Source: an uncultured Acidobacteriota bacterium (GTDB taxonomy: Bacteria > Acidobacteriota > Thermoanaerobaculia > Gp7-AA8). From it: a stretch of 64,000 nucleotides of DNA. The stretch lies in the NCBI GenBank assembly GCA_963822445.1, contig CAWGHO010000002.1, positions 1,952,001 to 2,016,000 on the forward strand. The letters run 5' to 3'. The notes below the pieces were generated by a model, which searched no databases, was not told the DNA's origin, and was given only the letters and a program-made list of their open reading frames with translations. A program made the position numbers and the translations under genes. Positions within the stretch are counted from its first letter, which is position 1. The number at the start of each line of letters is the position of its first letter. Shown here in pieces: positions 31,804-40,725 of the stretch.

Positions 31804-31819
31804 TGCAGGAGTGATTCCA
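31804..31819 (-). promoter_or_regulatory. Putative sigma54 -24/-12 promoter
   Basis: Minus strand TGGAATCACTCCTGCA (GG-N10-GC), about 14 nt before ATG 31789. Confidence 0.5.
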
Positions 31820-31901
31820 GTCGCACGCGGGCGCTGGCGTTTGACGTGCATCCAGAAATCAGCACAGAATCCATCCGGATTACTGAATAGCGAGAGGTTT
31901 G

Positions 31902-32183
31902 ATGATGGCGACGACGAAATCTGCATCCAAGGGCGGCGGTAAGGGTTTAGCGGCCGAAGTGACTCCGAGCTCGGAGCTCTCCGCGATCATCGGCAGCACT
32001 CCCATGCCGCGCAGCGAAGTGACGAAGAAGGTGTGGGACTACATCAAGTCCAACGGCCTTCAGGACCAGACGAACAAGCGCATGATCAACGCCGATGACA
32101 AGCTTCGGGTCATCTTCGGCGGCAAGGATCAGGTCTCGATGTTCGAGATGACCGCGCTCGTCAATAAACACCTCAAGGCGTAA
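31902..32183 (+). CDS. Stand-alone SWIB/MDM2 domain protein
   Basis: PRSEVTKKVWDYIKSNGLQD..NKRMINADDKL..VSMFEM. Confidence 0.92.
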   Translation: MMATTKSASKGGGKGLAAEVTPSSELSAIIGSTPMPRSEVTKKVWDYIKSNGLQDQTNKRMINADDKLRVIFGGKDQVSMFEMTALVNKHLKA

Positions 32184-32202
32184 CGAGACGCATCTCCGGT
32201 AT

Positions 32203-32238
32203 ACACGACGGGCGGCGGGTAGCCGCCCGTTGTGTTTC
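32203..32238. terminator. Terminator hairpin between convergent genes
   Basis: ACACGACGGGCGGC-GGGTA-GCCGCCCGTTGTGT followed by TT. Confidence 0.7.
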
Positions 32239-32597
32239 TATTTGGAGGAGAGGACGAAGATGTTCCCCTCCGAATCCTTGAACATGGCCGACGTGCCCCA
32301 CGACTCGGCCTTCGGCTCCTGCGTGAACTCCACGCCGCGGCCGGCGAGCTCGTCGAAAGTCTTCTGGACGTTGTCGGTCTGGAAGACGATCGGCTGAAAC
32401 CCGCCCGGTTCTTTTCCCATCTGCTTGAAGAGGACGAGCCGCGTCTCGGCGCTGCCGATCTTCAGCTCGATCCATCTCATCCCTTCTCCGAACTCCTGGT
32501 CGGTGGCCACTTTGAACCCGAGCTTCTTCGTGTAGAACTCGAGGGCCCGGTTCTCGTCTGCGACGGCGATACTGGCGAATTTGATCTGTGTAATCAT
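32238..32597 (-). CDS. VOC/glyoxalase family protein
   Basis: ALEFYTKKLGF, RWIEL, WGTSAMFKDSEGN; upstream TTGAAA-N17-TACATT promoter. Confidence 0.88.
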   Translation of the reverse strand: MITQIKFASIAVADENRALEFYTKKLGFKVATDQEFGEGMRWIELKIGSAETRLVLFKQMGKEPGGFQPIVFQTDNVQKTFDELAGRGVEFTQEPKAESWGTSAMFKDSEGNIFVLSSK

Positions 32598-32671
32598 GCC
32601 GAGCAATGTAGGCGCTAACTCTCGATGTTTCAAGGATCTGCGTCAAGGCTATAATGGTGAAAACTATAGCG

Positions 32672-32971
32672 ATGACTGAGACAGTCGAGATCGACCGCTA
32701 CATCCTGGAGACCCTCCTCGGCGACCTTGTCGGCCACGACCACGCCCCGTCGGCGTATGTCGTCTACCTGTATCTGTGGACGCGCACCTTTGGCAGCGGC
32801 GAGAAGAGTGTCCGGGCCAGCCACCAGACCATCGCCGCGGATACGGGCTTCTCCAAGAGCGGCGTTCAGGCCGCGCTCCGGCATCTGAATCGGCGGAAGC
32901 TGGTGCGGTCGGTGCGGGAGACGCAAACCGCGACGCCGGAGCACTTCGTTTTACGGCCCTGGCGCCGCTAG
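32672..32971 (+). CDS. Small winged helix-turn-helix protein
   Basis: SHQTIAADTGFSKSGVQAALRHL HTH; start could also be 32654. Confidence 0.75.
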   Translation: MTETVEIDRYILETLLGDLVGHDHAPSAYVVYLYLWTRTFGSGEKSVRASHQTIAADTGFSKSGVQAALRHLNRRKLVRSVRETQTATPEHFVLRPWRR

Positions 32972-32983
32972 GACCTGCTTGCC

Positions 32984-33090
32984 AGTTTATCCCGCGCGAA
33001 GACGCGGGATCTCCGCGTGCACCGGCAGCGCAGACGGTTCACGCGACGTCGGTGCACCGGGAGATCCCGCGTCTTCGCGCGGGATAAACT
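32984..33090. repeat. Long REP-like inverted repeat (31-bp perfect arms, each internally palindromic)
   Basis: AGTTTATCCCGCGCGAAGACGCGGGATCTCC at 32984-33014 and its reverse complement at 33060-33090. Confidence 0.8.
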
Positions 33091-33097
33091 CGTGCGC

Positions 33098-34282
33098 TCA
33101 CGACAGGAGTTTCTCGACAGCGCCGATCGTCGGCTCGATCTCCACGATGTTCTCCGCGCGGTAGTTCGCCTCGGGGTCCTTGAGGATGTGTCCCGTGAGG
33201 ATGCAGACGACGCGATCCCGCTCGCTCATCACACCGGCAGCGCGCAGTTTGTGCACGCCGGCGAGGGTCGCGGCCGAGGCGGGCTCGCAGCCGATGCCCA
33301 TACGATCGATCTCGTTCTTTGCGGCCATGATCTCCGCGTCAGTCACCTGTTCGACCACGCCGTCGGTTTCCCGGATCGCGGTCACGGCCTTGTCGTGGCT
33401 GACCGGATCGCCGATGCGGATGGCGCTGGCGATGGTCTCCGCCGTCACGCGATGGCGAGTCCCGAACGACTCCTGGTAGCTGCGGAAGAACGGATTCGCT
33501 CCCACTGCCTGAATCGAAGCGAGCCGGGGCATGCGGTCGATCCAGCCGTTGGCGAGGGCTTCGCGGAGCGCTTTGCCGAAGGCGCTGGTGTTGCCGAGGT
33601 TGCCGGCGGGGACGACGATCCAGTCGGGCGATTCCCAGCGCAGGTCCTGGAGGAGCTCCCAGATGATCGTTTTCTGCCCTTCGATGCGCCAGGGATTGAT
33701 CGAGTTGACCAGGTAGATGCCGAGGCGGTCGCAGGACTCGCGCACCAACCGCATGGCGGCGTCGAAGTCGCCGCGGATGGCCAGCGCCGTGGCGCCGTAC
33801 GCGAGGGTCTGGGCGAGCTTGCCGCTGGCGACCTTGCCCGCGGGAACGAACACGATCGCGCGAAGACCGGCCTGCCCGGCGTAAGCGGCGAGCGACGCGC
33901 TCGTGTTCCCGGTCGAGGCGCAGGCAACCGCGGTTGCACCGACGCGAACGGCCTGCGTCACGGCGACGGTCATGCCGCGGTCCTTGAACGAGCCCGTCGG
34001 ATTCTCCCCTTCATGTTTGAAGTAAAGACCGTTGCGCTGGTAGAGCCGCGTGCCGCCTTCGGGATGGGTGACGACGCGCTCGACGTGCATCACCGCCTCG
34101 CGGAAGCGCCAGACGCCGCTGACGTCGATGGGCGCACGCGAGGTCAGGCGATCGTCGAAGGCGTTGCGATCGAGAAGCGAGTTCCGCTCGACGGACAGCA
34201 GACCGCCGCAGTCGCAGGTGTAGCGGACGTCGAGCTCGCCGTACCGTTTCGCGCAGGCGATGCACTGCAGCCACTCGCTCAT
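33098..34282 (-). CDS. thrC: Threonine synthase
   Basis: N-terminal CxxC/CxC; NPTGSFKDRG PLP lysine; ASTGNT; PAGNLGN; CEPASA. Confidence 0.93.
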   Translation of the reverse strand: MSEWLQCIACAKRYGELDVRYTCDCGGLLSVERNSLLDRNAFDDRLTSRAPIDVSGVWRFREAVMHVERVVTHPEGGTRLYQRNGLYFKHEGENPTGSFKDRGMTVAVTQAVRVGATAVACASTGNTSASLAAYAGQAGLRAIVFVPAGKVASGKLAQTLAYGATALAIRGDFDAAMRLVRESCDRLGIYLVNSINPWRIEGQKTIIWELLQDLRWESPDWIVVPAGNLGNTSAFGKALREALANGWIDRMPRLASIQAVGANPFFRSYQESFGTRHRVTAETIASAIRIGDPVSHDKAVTAIRETDGVVEQVTDAEIMAAKNEIDRMGIGCEPASAATLAGVHKLRAAGVMSERDRVVCILTGHILKDPEANYRAENIVEIEPTIGAVEKLLS

Positions 34283-35178
34283 GCCCGCCGCACTCCTTCC
34301 CTGGCGATCGCTCCGATGTGCACGGTCGACTCCACTTCGCGAAAAGCGCGCCGCATCGCGTCAGCGCAGACGCGCGCCGATGCTTCGTTCTCGGCGATGG
34401 CGAAGAGCGTCGGACCCGATCCGCTGATCGAGCAGCCAAACGCGCCGGCTTCCAGCGCCGCGGTCTTCACGTCGTAAAAGTGGGGAATGAGGTCCGCCCG
34501 CCGTGGCTCGGCGTACCCGTCATCGAGCGCCCGTCGCAACAGGGCGCCGTCGCCGATTGCGAATGCGTGGACGAGAGCGGTGGTGTTCGCCATCTGCTGA
34601 ACCCACGACGCGCGATCGGTTTCGTCCGGCAGGAGTGCGCGGGCATCCTTCGTCTGAATGCGAACGCGAGGAGTGACCAGAGCGATCCACCAATCGGCAG
34701 CGACGGGGAGTTTGATCACGTCGATGGGATCGACGCTGCGCGCGAGCGCGAGGCCGCCGACGACGCTCGGGGCGATGTTGTCGAGATGTCGCCCCGCCAC
34801 CGCGGATTCGCTTTCGAGCGCGGCGGCGATGATGTCCACGTCGCGATTCATCGCCAGCGCGGCCGCACACGCGCCGGCCACGCTCGACGCCGCACTCCCA
34901 CCCATCCCGCCCGCCAGGGGCAGACCTTTGTGAATCGTGAGGATCGCGTTGTACCCGCTGCCGCGGAGAACGGCGGCGGCCGCGATCGCCGCGCAATTGT
35001 GTTCGGGATCGCGTGGGACGAGGTCGGCGTCGATGCCCGTCACGTCATCGATCCGCGCTGCACCTTTCGTGAGCTCGACCGTGACCCGGTCGCCGATTCC
35101 ATCGACGGCCAGGCCGAGGACGTCGAAGCCGGGGCCGACGTTACCGATGGAGCCGGGGGCGTAGGCGGTGGCTTTCAT
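34279..35178 (-). CDS. thrB: Homoserine kinase
   Basis: PGSIGNVGPGFDVLG, PLAGGMGGSAAS, HLDNIAP, ISGSGPT; own ATG overlaps the thrA stop. Confidence 0.92.
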   Translation of the reverse strand: MKATAYAPGSIGNVGPGFDVLGLAVDGIGDRVTVELTKGAARIDDVTGIDADLVPRDPEHNCAAIAAAAVLRGSGYNAILTIHKGLPLAGGMGGSAASSVAGACAAALAMNRDVDIIAAALESESAVAGRHLDNIAPSVVGGLALARSVDPIDVIKLPVAADWWIALVTPRVRIQTKDARALLPDETDRASWVQQMANTTALVHAFAIGDGALLRRALDDGYAEPRRADLIPHFYDVKTAALEAGAFGCSISGSGPTLFAIAENEASARVCADAMRRAFREVESTVHIGAIAREGVRRA

Positions 35179-37713
35179 CGCTGCGTTTTTCGCCGCTCGT
35201 GCATCGTGATCGCGACGATGTCGTTCAGCACACCTGCGGCGGTGACGCCCGCTCCGGCACCCGGCCCGGTCACGACGAGCGGATTCGTCGAATACCGCTT
35301 CGACTGAATGACCACCGTGTTGTCCGTGCCGCGCAGGCGACCGAGCGGCGAAGCGTGATCGACGGCTTCGACGCCGACGCGAATGGCGCGCTTGCCGATC
35401 TTCGCGACATACGCGAAGCACCTTGCCATCGCGTTTCGCGCGCGCGACGCGATCGGCGAACTCGGCATCGAGGGCTGTGAGTTTGTCGACGAACCGCGCC
35501 GGATCGTTGTCGTCGACGTTGGCGCCGAACAGAGGCTCCAGAGCGATGTCGCTGAGCTCGAGCCGCCGGCCGAGCGTACGCGCGAGGATCAAGGCCTTGC
35601 GCGCGACGTCGGTGCCGGAGAGATCGTCGCGAGGATCCGGCTCGGTGTAGCCGCGCTTCCAGGCCTCGCGCACAGCGTCGCTGAACCGCTGGCCATCTTC
35701 GAGGGCGGTCATGATGAAGCCGAGCGTCCCCGAGAACGCACCGACGATCGTTTCGACGCGATCCCCGGCATCCTGCAACTTGGCGATCGTGTCGAGCACC
35801 GGCAGTCCCGCGCCGGCGGTTGCCTCGTAGCGCAGCGACAGGCCGCGATCGCGCGCGGTCTGCATCAGCCGGTCGAATTCGATCTGCGAAACCGCCAGCG
35901 GCTTCTTGTTCGCCAGTACGACGTGAAAGCCATGCTCGAGCGCTTCCTGAATCAGCGGCGCGGTCTCATCGGATGTGAGATCGACGAGGATCGGCCGGTG
36001 CGAAGGCAACAGCCACAACTCCTCGGACATCATCTGCTGCAGTTGCGTGAGCGTGAGCGGTGAGTCTCGATCAAAGAGACGCGTGCCCGACGCCTTCTGC
36101 TTCGCCAGTTTCTGCAGCGCCGCGGCGGAGAATCCCTTCTCCTCGACGCGGATCCCGGAACGGTCGGCGAGCGCGATCACCTTGATGTCGAGGCCGAGCT
36201 CCTGGCGCAGATGTTTTTCCTGTGCGCGAAGCTGCGCGGCGAGCTCGCGGCCGATCTGGCCAAATCCGAGGAGCGTCAGCTTCGATTCGCGGCCCGACGT
36301 GTCGGCAAGCGGATGCAGGCGATCGAGTTGATATTCGTTGTGCAGCGCCTGCAGCGCTCGCGTCGCATCGGCCTCGTCGATGGCGATGGTGATGTTCAGC
36401 TCCGATGAGCCCTGAGCGATGGCGACGACGTTCACCTGCGCGCCGCTGAGCGCGGAGAAGGTGCGCGCGGCGATGCCGGGCTGGCCGCGCATGCCCAATC
36501 CGACGACGGCGATCAGCGCGACTTCATGCACGGGGCGGATGCGATCGATCAGCTTCGACTTCCGCTCCATGACGAACGCCTCTTCGAGCGCGGCCACGGC
36601 ATGCGCGGACTCGTCGTCGGGCAGCACGAAGCAGATGCTGGCTTCGCTCGAGGCCTGGCTGATCATCGACACGGAGTGACCGGCATTCGAAAGCGCGGTG
36701 AACGCGCGGCCGGCGACGCCGGGCACGCCGATCATGCCGCTGCCTTCGATCGAGACCATGGCCTGTTTGTGAATCGCCGTGAGGGCCTTGACCGGATACG
36801 CGCCGGGCTTGACGTCGTCGGCGATGCGCGTGACCGAGCCCTCCCGGAACGTGTTGCGGACGAAGAGCGGGATCTTGCGATCGACGAGCGGAATCATCGT
36901 CCGCGGATGCAGAACCTTCGCGCCGTAGAACGCGAGCTCCGCCGCTTCGCGGTAGTGCAGCTCGGAGAGCAATCGCGCTGACGGAACGCTTTTCGGATCG
37001 GCGGTCATCAGGCCGTCGACTTCCTTGAAAAGCGTGACGGAAGTCGCGTGGACGCTACGGGCGAGGATTGCGGCCGAGAAATCGGAACCGCCGCGGCCGA
37101 GGGTTACGACTTCGCCGTCGGGGCCGCTGCCGAGGTAGCCGGGCATGATCACCGCGCGTCCGCTTTCGATGATCGGCAATACGAGCTTTTTCGCGTTGCG
37201 CTCGCAGCGCGCGAGGTTCGGCCAGAGGCGGTTCAGACGGCGCTCGGTGACGATGACCTCGGGCGCGTCGACGTACTCCGCGGCGATCCCCTGCTCGGCG
37301 AGGATCTCCACGAAGATTTGCGCCATCAACCGCTCGCCGCGGGCGACCAGCGCATCCTTTGCGCGCGGGGTGAGCTCGCGCAGAACGGCAATGCTGTCGG
37401 CCATGGAGCGCATCTCGTGCGACAGGTCGGAGACGAGCGAATGCAGTTGCGCGGCGCGCGCGCGGTTCGTGATCAGCGCGTCGATGAGCTCGTCGTGCCG
37501 CATCTCGAATTTTTTCGCAGCGGTGATGTAGCCGGCACGGTCGCCGTTCAGCGCGGACTGGCCGGCGGCGAGCAGGAGGTCGGTGACCCCGTTCGCCGCG
37601 GAAACGATCACGGCCACGCGCGGCGCGGCACGGCGAACGTGCTCCACGGCCACGCGAATGGCCTCAGATGAGCCGACGGCAACGCCGCCGAATTTGAAGA
37701 CCTGCAGAGTCAT
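35175..37713 (-). CDS. thrA: Bifunctional aspartokinase/homoserine dehydrogenase (frameshift near 35413)
   Basis: KFGG, LGRGGSD, two ACT domains, GFGQIG, ANKK, YTEPDPRDDLSG; C-terminal GPGAGAGVTAAGVLND in shifted frame. Confidence 0.92.
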
Positions 37714-37745
37714 TGGACGAAAGGGGCGATGCTAGCATTTCGGCG

Positions 37746-38033
37746 ATGGGGGTCCAGATGAGCGCAGCAGCGGGAGCAGCGGCAGCAGCAATGATGCAGG
37801 CGGTGCGGGCGATGGGCGTGATCGTGAAGATGAAGCCGGAGGATTTCGTCCGGATCCTCGAGCGCGTCCCGGAACCGCTCGTGGTGCGCGCGCCACACGG
37901 GATCTTTTCGAAGAAGACGAACTACATCGTCAGCTACAAAGGATTCGCTTTCTTCACCGTCTCGAAGGACGAGCTGCGCTTGCCGCCGTCGGCAGAAGTC
38001 ATCAGCGCCGATTCGATGTACGTACCCGGTTAG
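37746..38033 (+). CDS. Small hypothetical protein with Ala-rich N-terminus
   Basis: Clean ORF, TAGCAT 7 nt before ATG; SYKGFAFFT motif. Confidence 0.65.
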   Translation: MGVQMSAAAGAAAAAMMQAVRAMGVIVKMKPEDFVRILERVPEPLVVRAPHGIFSKKTNYIVSYKGFAFFTVSKDELRLPPSAEVISADSMYVPG

Positions 38034-38038
38034 CCGCC

Positions 38039-38542
38039 ATGCCTGGCATTGCCGACGACCGCGGCTACGCGCTGCAGCTTGCGCGCAGATACTTCGACGA
38101 CCGGAACGTCGAGATCGCGACCGTCGTCGCGACGTTCACCGACTCCACCGATCCGCTCATCCATCGCTTGGTCGGCCTGATGGTGAACGAACCCGCCCGC
38201 GCCGGAAAGTTCATCACCGTGTCGCAGCGCGATTACGAACGAAACTACTGGCCGCAGGTGGCCGCGGTTCTGTCGGAACTGGAGAAGGGAGAGGCCGGTG
38301 TCGTTCCGCCCCCGCCGCCGGTCACGCGCAAACGGTTGTTCTGGATCACGGTGCTGGCGGTGATGGTCACGCTGTCCGCGGTGGACAATCTGCGCGATTT
38401 CTACCGGCACATCACCGGCCAGAAAGAAGTGCACGTCGCCTTCGCGGCGCTGGACCTCGGATTCGGCCTGCTGCTGTCCGTCCTTGCCATTGCCGGAGTG
38501 ATCCGACTCGTGCAACTGATTCGCGTCTACCGATCGCAGTGA
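38039..38542 (+). CDS. Hypothetical membrane protein (2 C-terminal TM segments)
   Basis: Soluble N-terminal region, poly-Pro linker, two hydrophobic helices. Confidence 0.6.
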   Translation: MPGIADDRGYALQLARRYFDDRNVEIATVVATFTDSTDPLIHRLVGLMVNEPARAGKFITVSQRDYERNYWPQVAAVLSELEKGEAGVVPPPPPVTRKRLFWITVLAVMVTLSAVDNLRDFYRHITGQKEVHVAFAALDLGFGLLLSVLAIAGVIRLVQLIRVYRSQ

Positions 38543-38549
38543 GAGAGCG

Positions 38550-39242
38550 TTAGCGCTTCACGCCGCGATACAGATACGCGATCCCAAAGGTCAGCGGAAT
38601 GTAGTCGATGGATGCGAAGTCGACCGACTCGCGCATCAACTGAACGAAATCCTCGCCGCAGGGGAACCGGCCCGCTGATTTCTGCAGGTATTCGTACGCG
38701 TCTTTTTTTCCGGTGACGAGGCCGCCGAGGCGCGGCAGCAGGTGGCGCGTGTAGACGTCGTAGAGCGCGGCGAAGACGCGGTTCCGCGGCTGGCCGAACT
38801 CGAGCACGATCACCCGGCCGCCGGTCTTCACCACGCGCGCCATCTCGGCGATGCCTTTTCGGGGCTCGTTGACGTTGCGGATGCCGAACGAGATCGTGGC
38901 CACCTCGAAGGTTGCGTCCTCGTACGGCAGTCGCGTGACGTCGGCGACCTCGAACCGGACCTCTTTCGTTTTCGCGCGAGCGAATTCGAGCATCTCCGGC
39001 ACGAAGTCCGTTCCGATGACCTGCGCGCCGGCGGCTTGAAAGGCGATGGCCAGGTCGCCGGTCCCCGTCGCGCAGTCGAGCACGCGATCGCCCGGTTTCA
39101 CAGCAGCCGTCTTCACCGCGCGGCGCCGCCAGAGGTGATGCACGCCCCCCGAAAGAATGGTGTTGGCGCGGTCGTAGCGCGAGGAGATCGACGCGAACAT
39201 GCTGCGGATGCGCGTCGGGTCGGGGCCGGAGTAGTTGGTCAT
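38550..39242 (-). CDS. menG: Demethylmenaquinone methyltransferase (UbiE/MenG)
   Basis: MFASISSRYD.AN, LDCATGTGD, ISFGIRNV, AYEYL. Confidence 0.92.
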   Translation of the reverse strand: MTNYSGPDPTRIRSMFASISSRYDRANTILSGGVHHLWRRRAVKTAAVKPGDRVLDCATGTGDLAIAFQAAGAQVIGTDFVPEMLEFARAKTKEVRFEVADVTRLPYEDATFEVATISFGIRNVNEPRKGIAEMARVVKTGGRVIVLEFGQPRNRVFAALYDVYTRHLLPRLGGLVTGKKDAYEYLQKSAGRFPCGEDFVQLMRESVDFASIDYIPLTFGIAYLYRGVKR

Positions 39243-39256
39243 ACAATCTCGCGCCA

Positions 39257-40315
39257 ATGTCGCGCGACTTCGCGTTCGTGCAAACGGCTCCCGGCCGCGT
39301 GTTTGTCGGGTGGGGACCGTTCGAACAGCTTCCCTTCCGCAGGCCGGAGCGGCCGGCATTCTACGTCACCGATTTTTTCCTCGATGACCCCCATCCCTGG
39401 CGCCATCCGGCGGAGTGGGAGGAAGTGTCGACGGAGGAGCTGGCGGCGCGATTCGCGACGGACGAAGTGCCGCGGGTCGAGTGGGATCCGCCCGCGAGAG
39501 AAGACTTCCAGCGGATGTTCGCCTCGGCGCAGGAGGCGATGGCCCGCGGCGAGTTCGCGAAGATCGTTCCGGTCCTGTTCGAATCGGGCCGCTTCACCGA
39601 GCGGGGCGAGTGGTGGCGCTACTTCTTCTCGCGGCTGGCGACGTTGCCGCCCGGTTTGTGGGCGTACGGATACTCGTACAAATCACACGGCGTGATCGGC
39701 GCGACGCCGGAGCTGCTCTTCCAGGCGGAGTGGCATGGCTACCGGACGATGGCTCTTGCCGGAACACGGCCGGTCGCGCGCGCGGAAGAGCTGCTTCACG
39801 ATCCGAAAGAACGGCGCGAACATCGCCTGGTCGTCGACGACATCGCCCGGCGGCTCTCGCCGTTCGGCAATGTCGAGATCGGGCCGGTCGGGCTCCTGCG
39901 CCTTCCGAGCATCGCCCATCTCATCACTCCGATTTTTTTCGCGGAGAGCGGCGGCGCGGAGAAGATGTCGTTCACCGAAATGGTCCGTCGCCTTCACCCG
40001 ACCGCCGCCCTCGGCGTCTCCCCGCGCACATCCGCCGGTGAGCGGTGGCTGCGCGAAGCCGATCGCGGCGTGAAACGGCGGACGTTCGGAGCGCCATTTG
40101 GAGTCGAGCGCGAGGACCGGTCGGCGCTGGCGCTGGTGGCGATTCGCAACGTGCAGTGGGAGGGGGATCGCGTGCGGATCGGGTCGGGTGCGGGCGTGCT
40201 CGCGGAGAGCCAGCTCGATCGCGAGTTCGAGGAGCTGCGGCAGAAGCGCGACCAGGTCAAGGCGCTGTTTCAGATCGAGTCTGCATGGACAACATCGATT
40301 CAGCGCGGCGCCTGA
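39257..40315 (+). CDS. menF: Isochorismate synthase (short chorismate-binding protein)
   Basis: GATPELL, ALAGT, KERREH, LHPTAAL, GAGVLAES; men cluster context. Confidence 0.8.
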   Translation: MSRDFAFVQTAPGRVFVGWGPFEQLPFRRPERPAFYVTDFFLDDPHPWRHPAEWEEVSTEELAARFATDEVPRVEWDPPAREDFQRMFASAQEAMARGEFAKIVPVLFESGRFTERGEWWRYFFSRLATLPPGLWAYGYSYKSHGVIGATPELLFQAEWHGYRTMALAGTRPVARAEELLHDPKERREHRLVVDDIARRLSPFGNVEIGPVGLLRLPSIAHLITPIFFAESGGAEKMSFTEMVRRLHPTAALGVSPRTSAGERWLREADRGVKRRTFGAPFGVEREDRSALALVAIRNVQWEGDRVRIGSGAGVLAESQLDREFEELRQKRDQVKALFQIESAWTTSIQRGA

Positions 40316-40725
40316 TCGAAGAGGTCCGCCGCCTCGGCGCGCGCGACTTCTGCGTCTGCGCCGGCTCGCGCAACAGCCCGCTGCTGGCGGTTCTGGGCAC
40401 GGACGTTTACTCGTTCGTCGATGAGCGCTCCGCGGCGTTTTTCGCCATCGGACGTTCGAAACTGCACGGCGCGCCGGTGGCGGTGGTGACGACGTCCGGA
40501 ACGGCGGCCGCGGAACTGCTGCCCGCCGCGATCGAGGCGTATTACTCGGGCATTCCTCTGATTCTCATCACCGCCGACCGGCCGGCGCGATTCCGCGGAA
40601 CCGGCGCGCCGCAGTCGATCGAGCAGATCGGTCTCTTCGGCGTGTACGCGGAAATCGCGCTGGAATCGTGGAGCGGCGCGCGTCCGCTGCATCTCAACAT
40701 CGAGTTCGATGAGCCGCTTCTCTAA
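40285..40725 (+). CDS. menD: MenD N-terminal (pyrimidine-binding) domain as a separate ORF
   Basis: AGSRNSPL, DERSAAFFAIG, TSGTA, TADRP, ending LHLNIEFDEPLL*. Confidence 0.8.
   Translation: MDNIDSARRLIEEVRRLGARDFCVCAGSRNSPLLAVLGTDVYSFVDERSAAFFAIGRSKLHGAPVAVVTTSGTAAAELLPAAIEAYYSGIPLILITADRPARFRGTGAPQSIEQIGLFGVYAEIALESWSGARPLHLNIEFDEPLL

Noticed and set aside
32984-33090. CRISPR array or IS ends
   Set aside because: The repeats are inverted rather than direct with spacers; no cas or transposase gene in the window
34279-37713. 1144-aa ThrA-ThrB trifunctional fusion in the ORF track
   Set aside because: An extra base near 35413 shifts thrA into the thrB frame. The true ThrA C-terminus (GPGAG..VLND) is in another frame and ends at 35175, overlapping thrB's own ATG.
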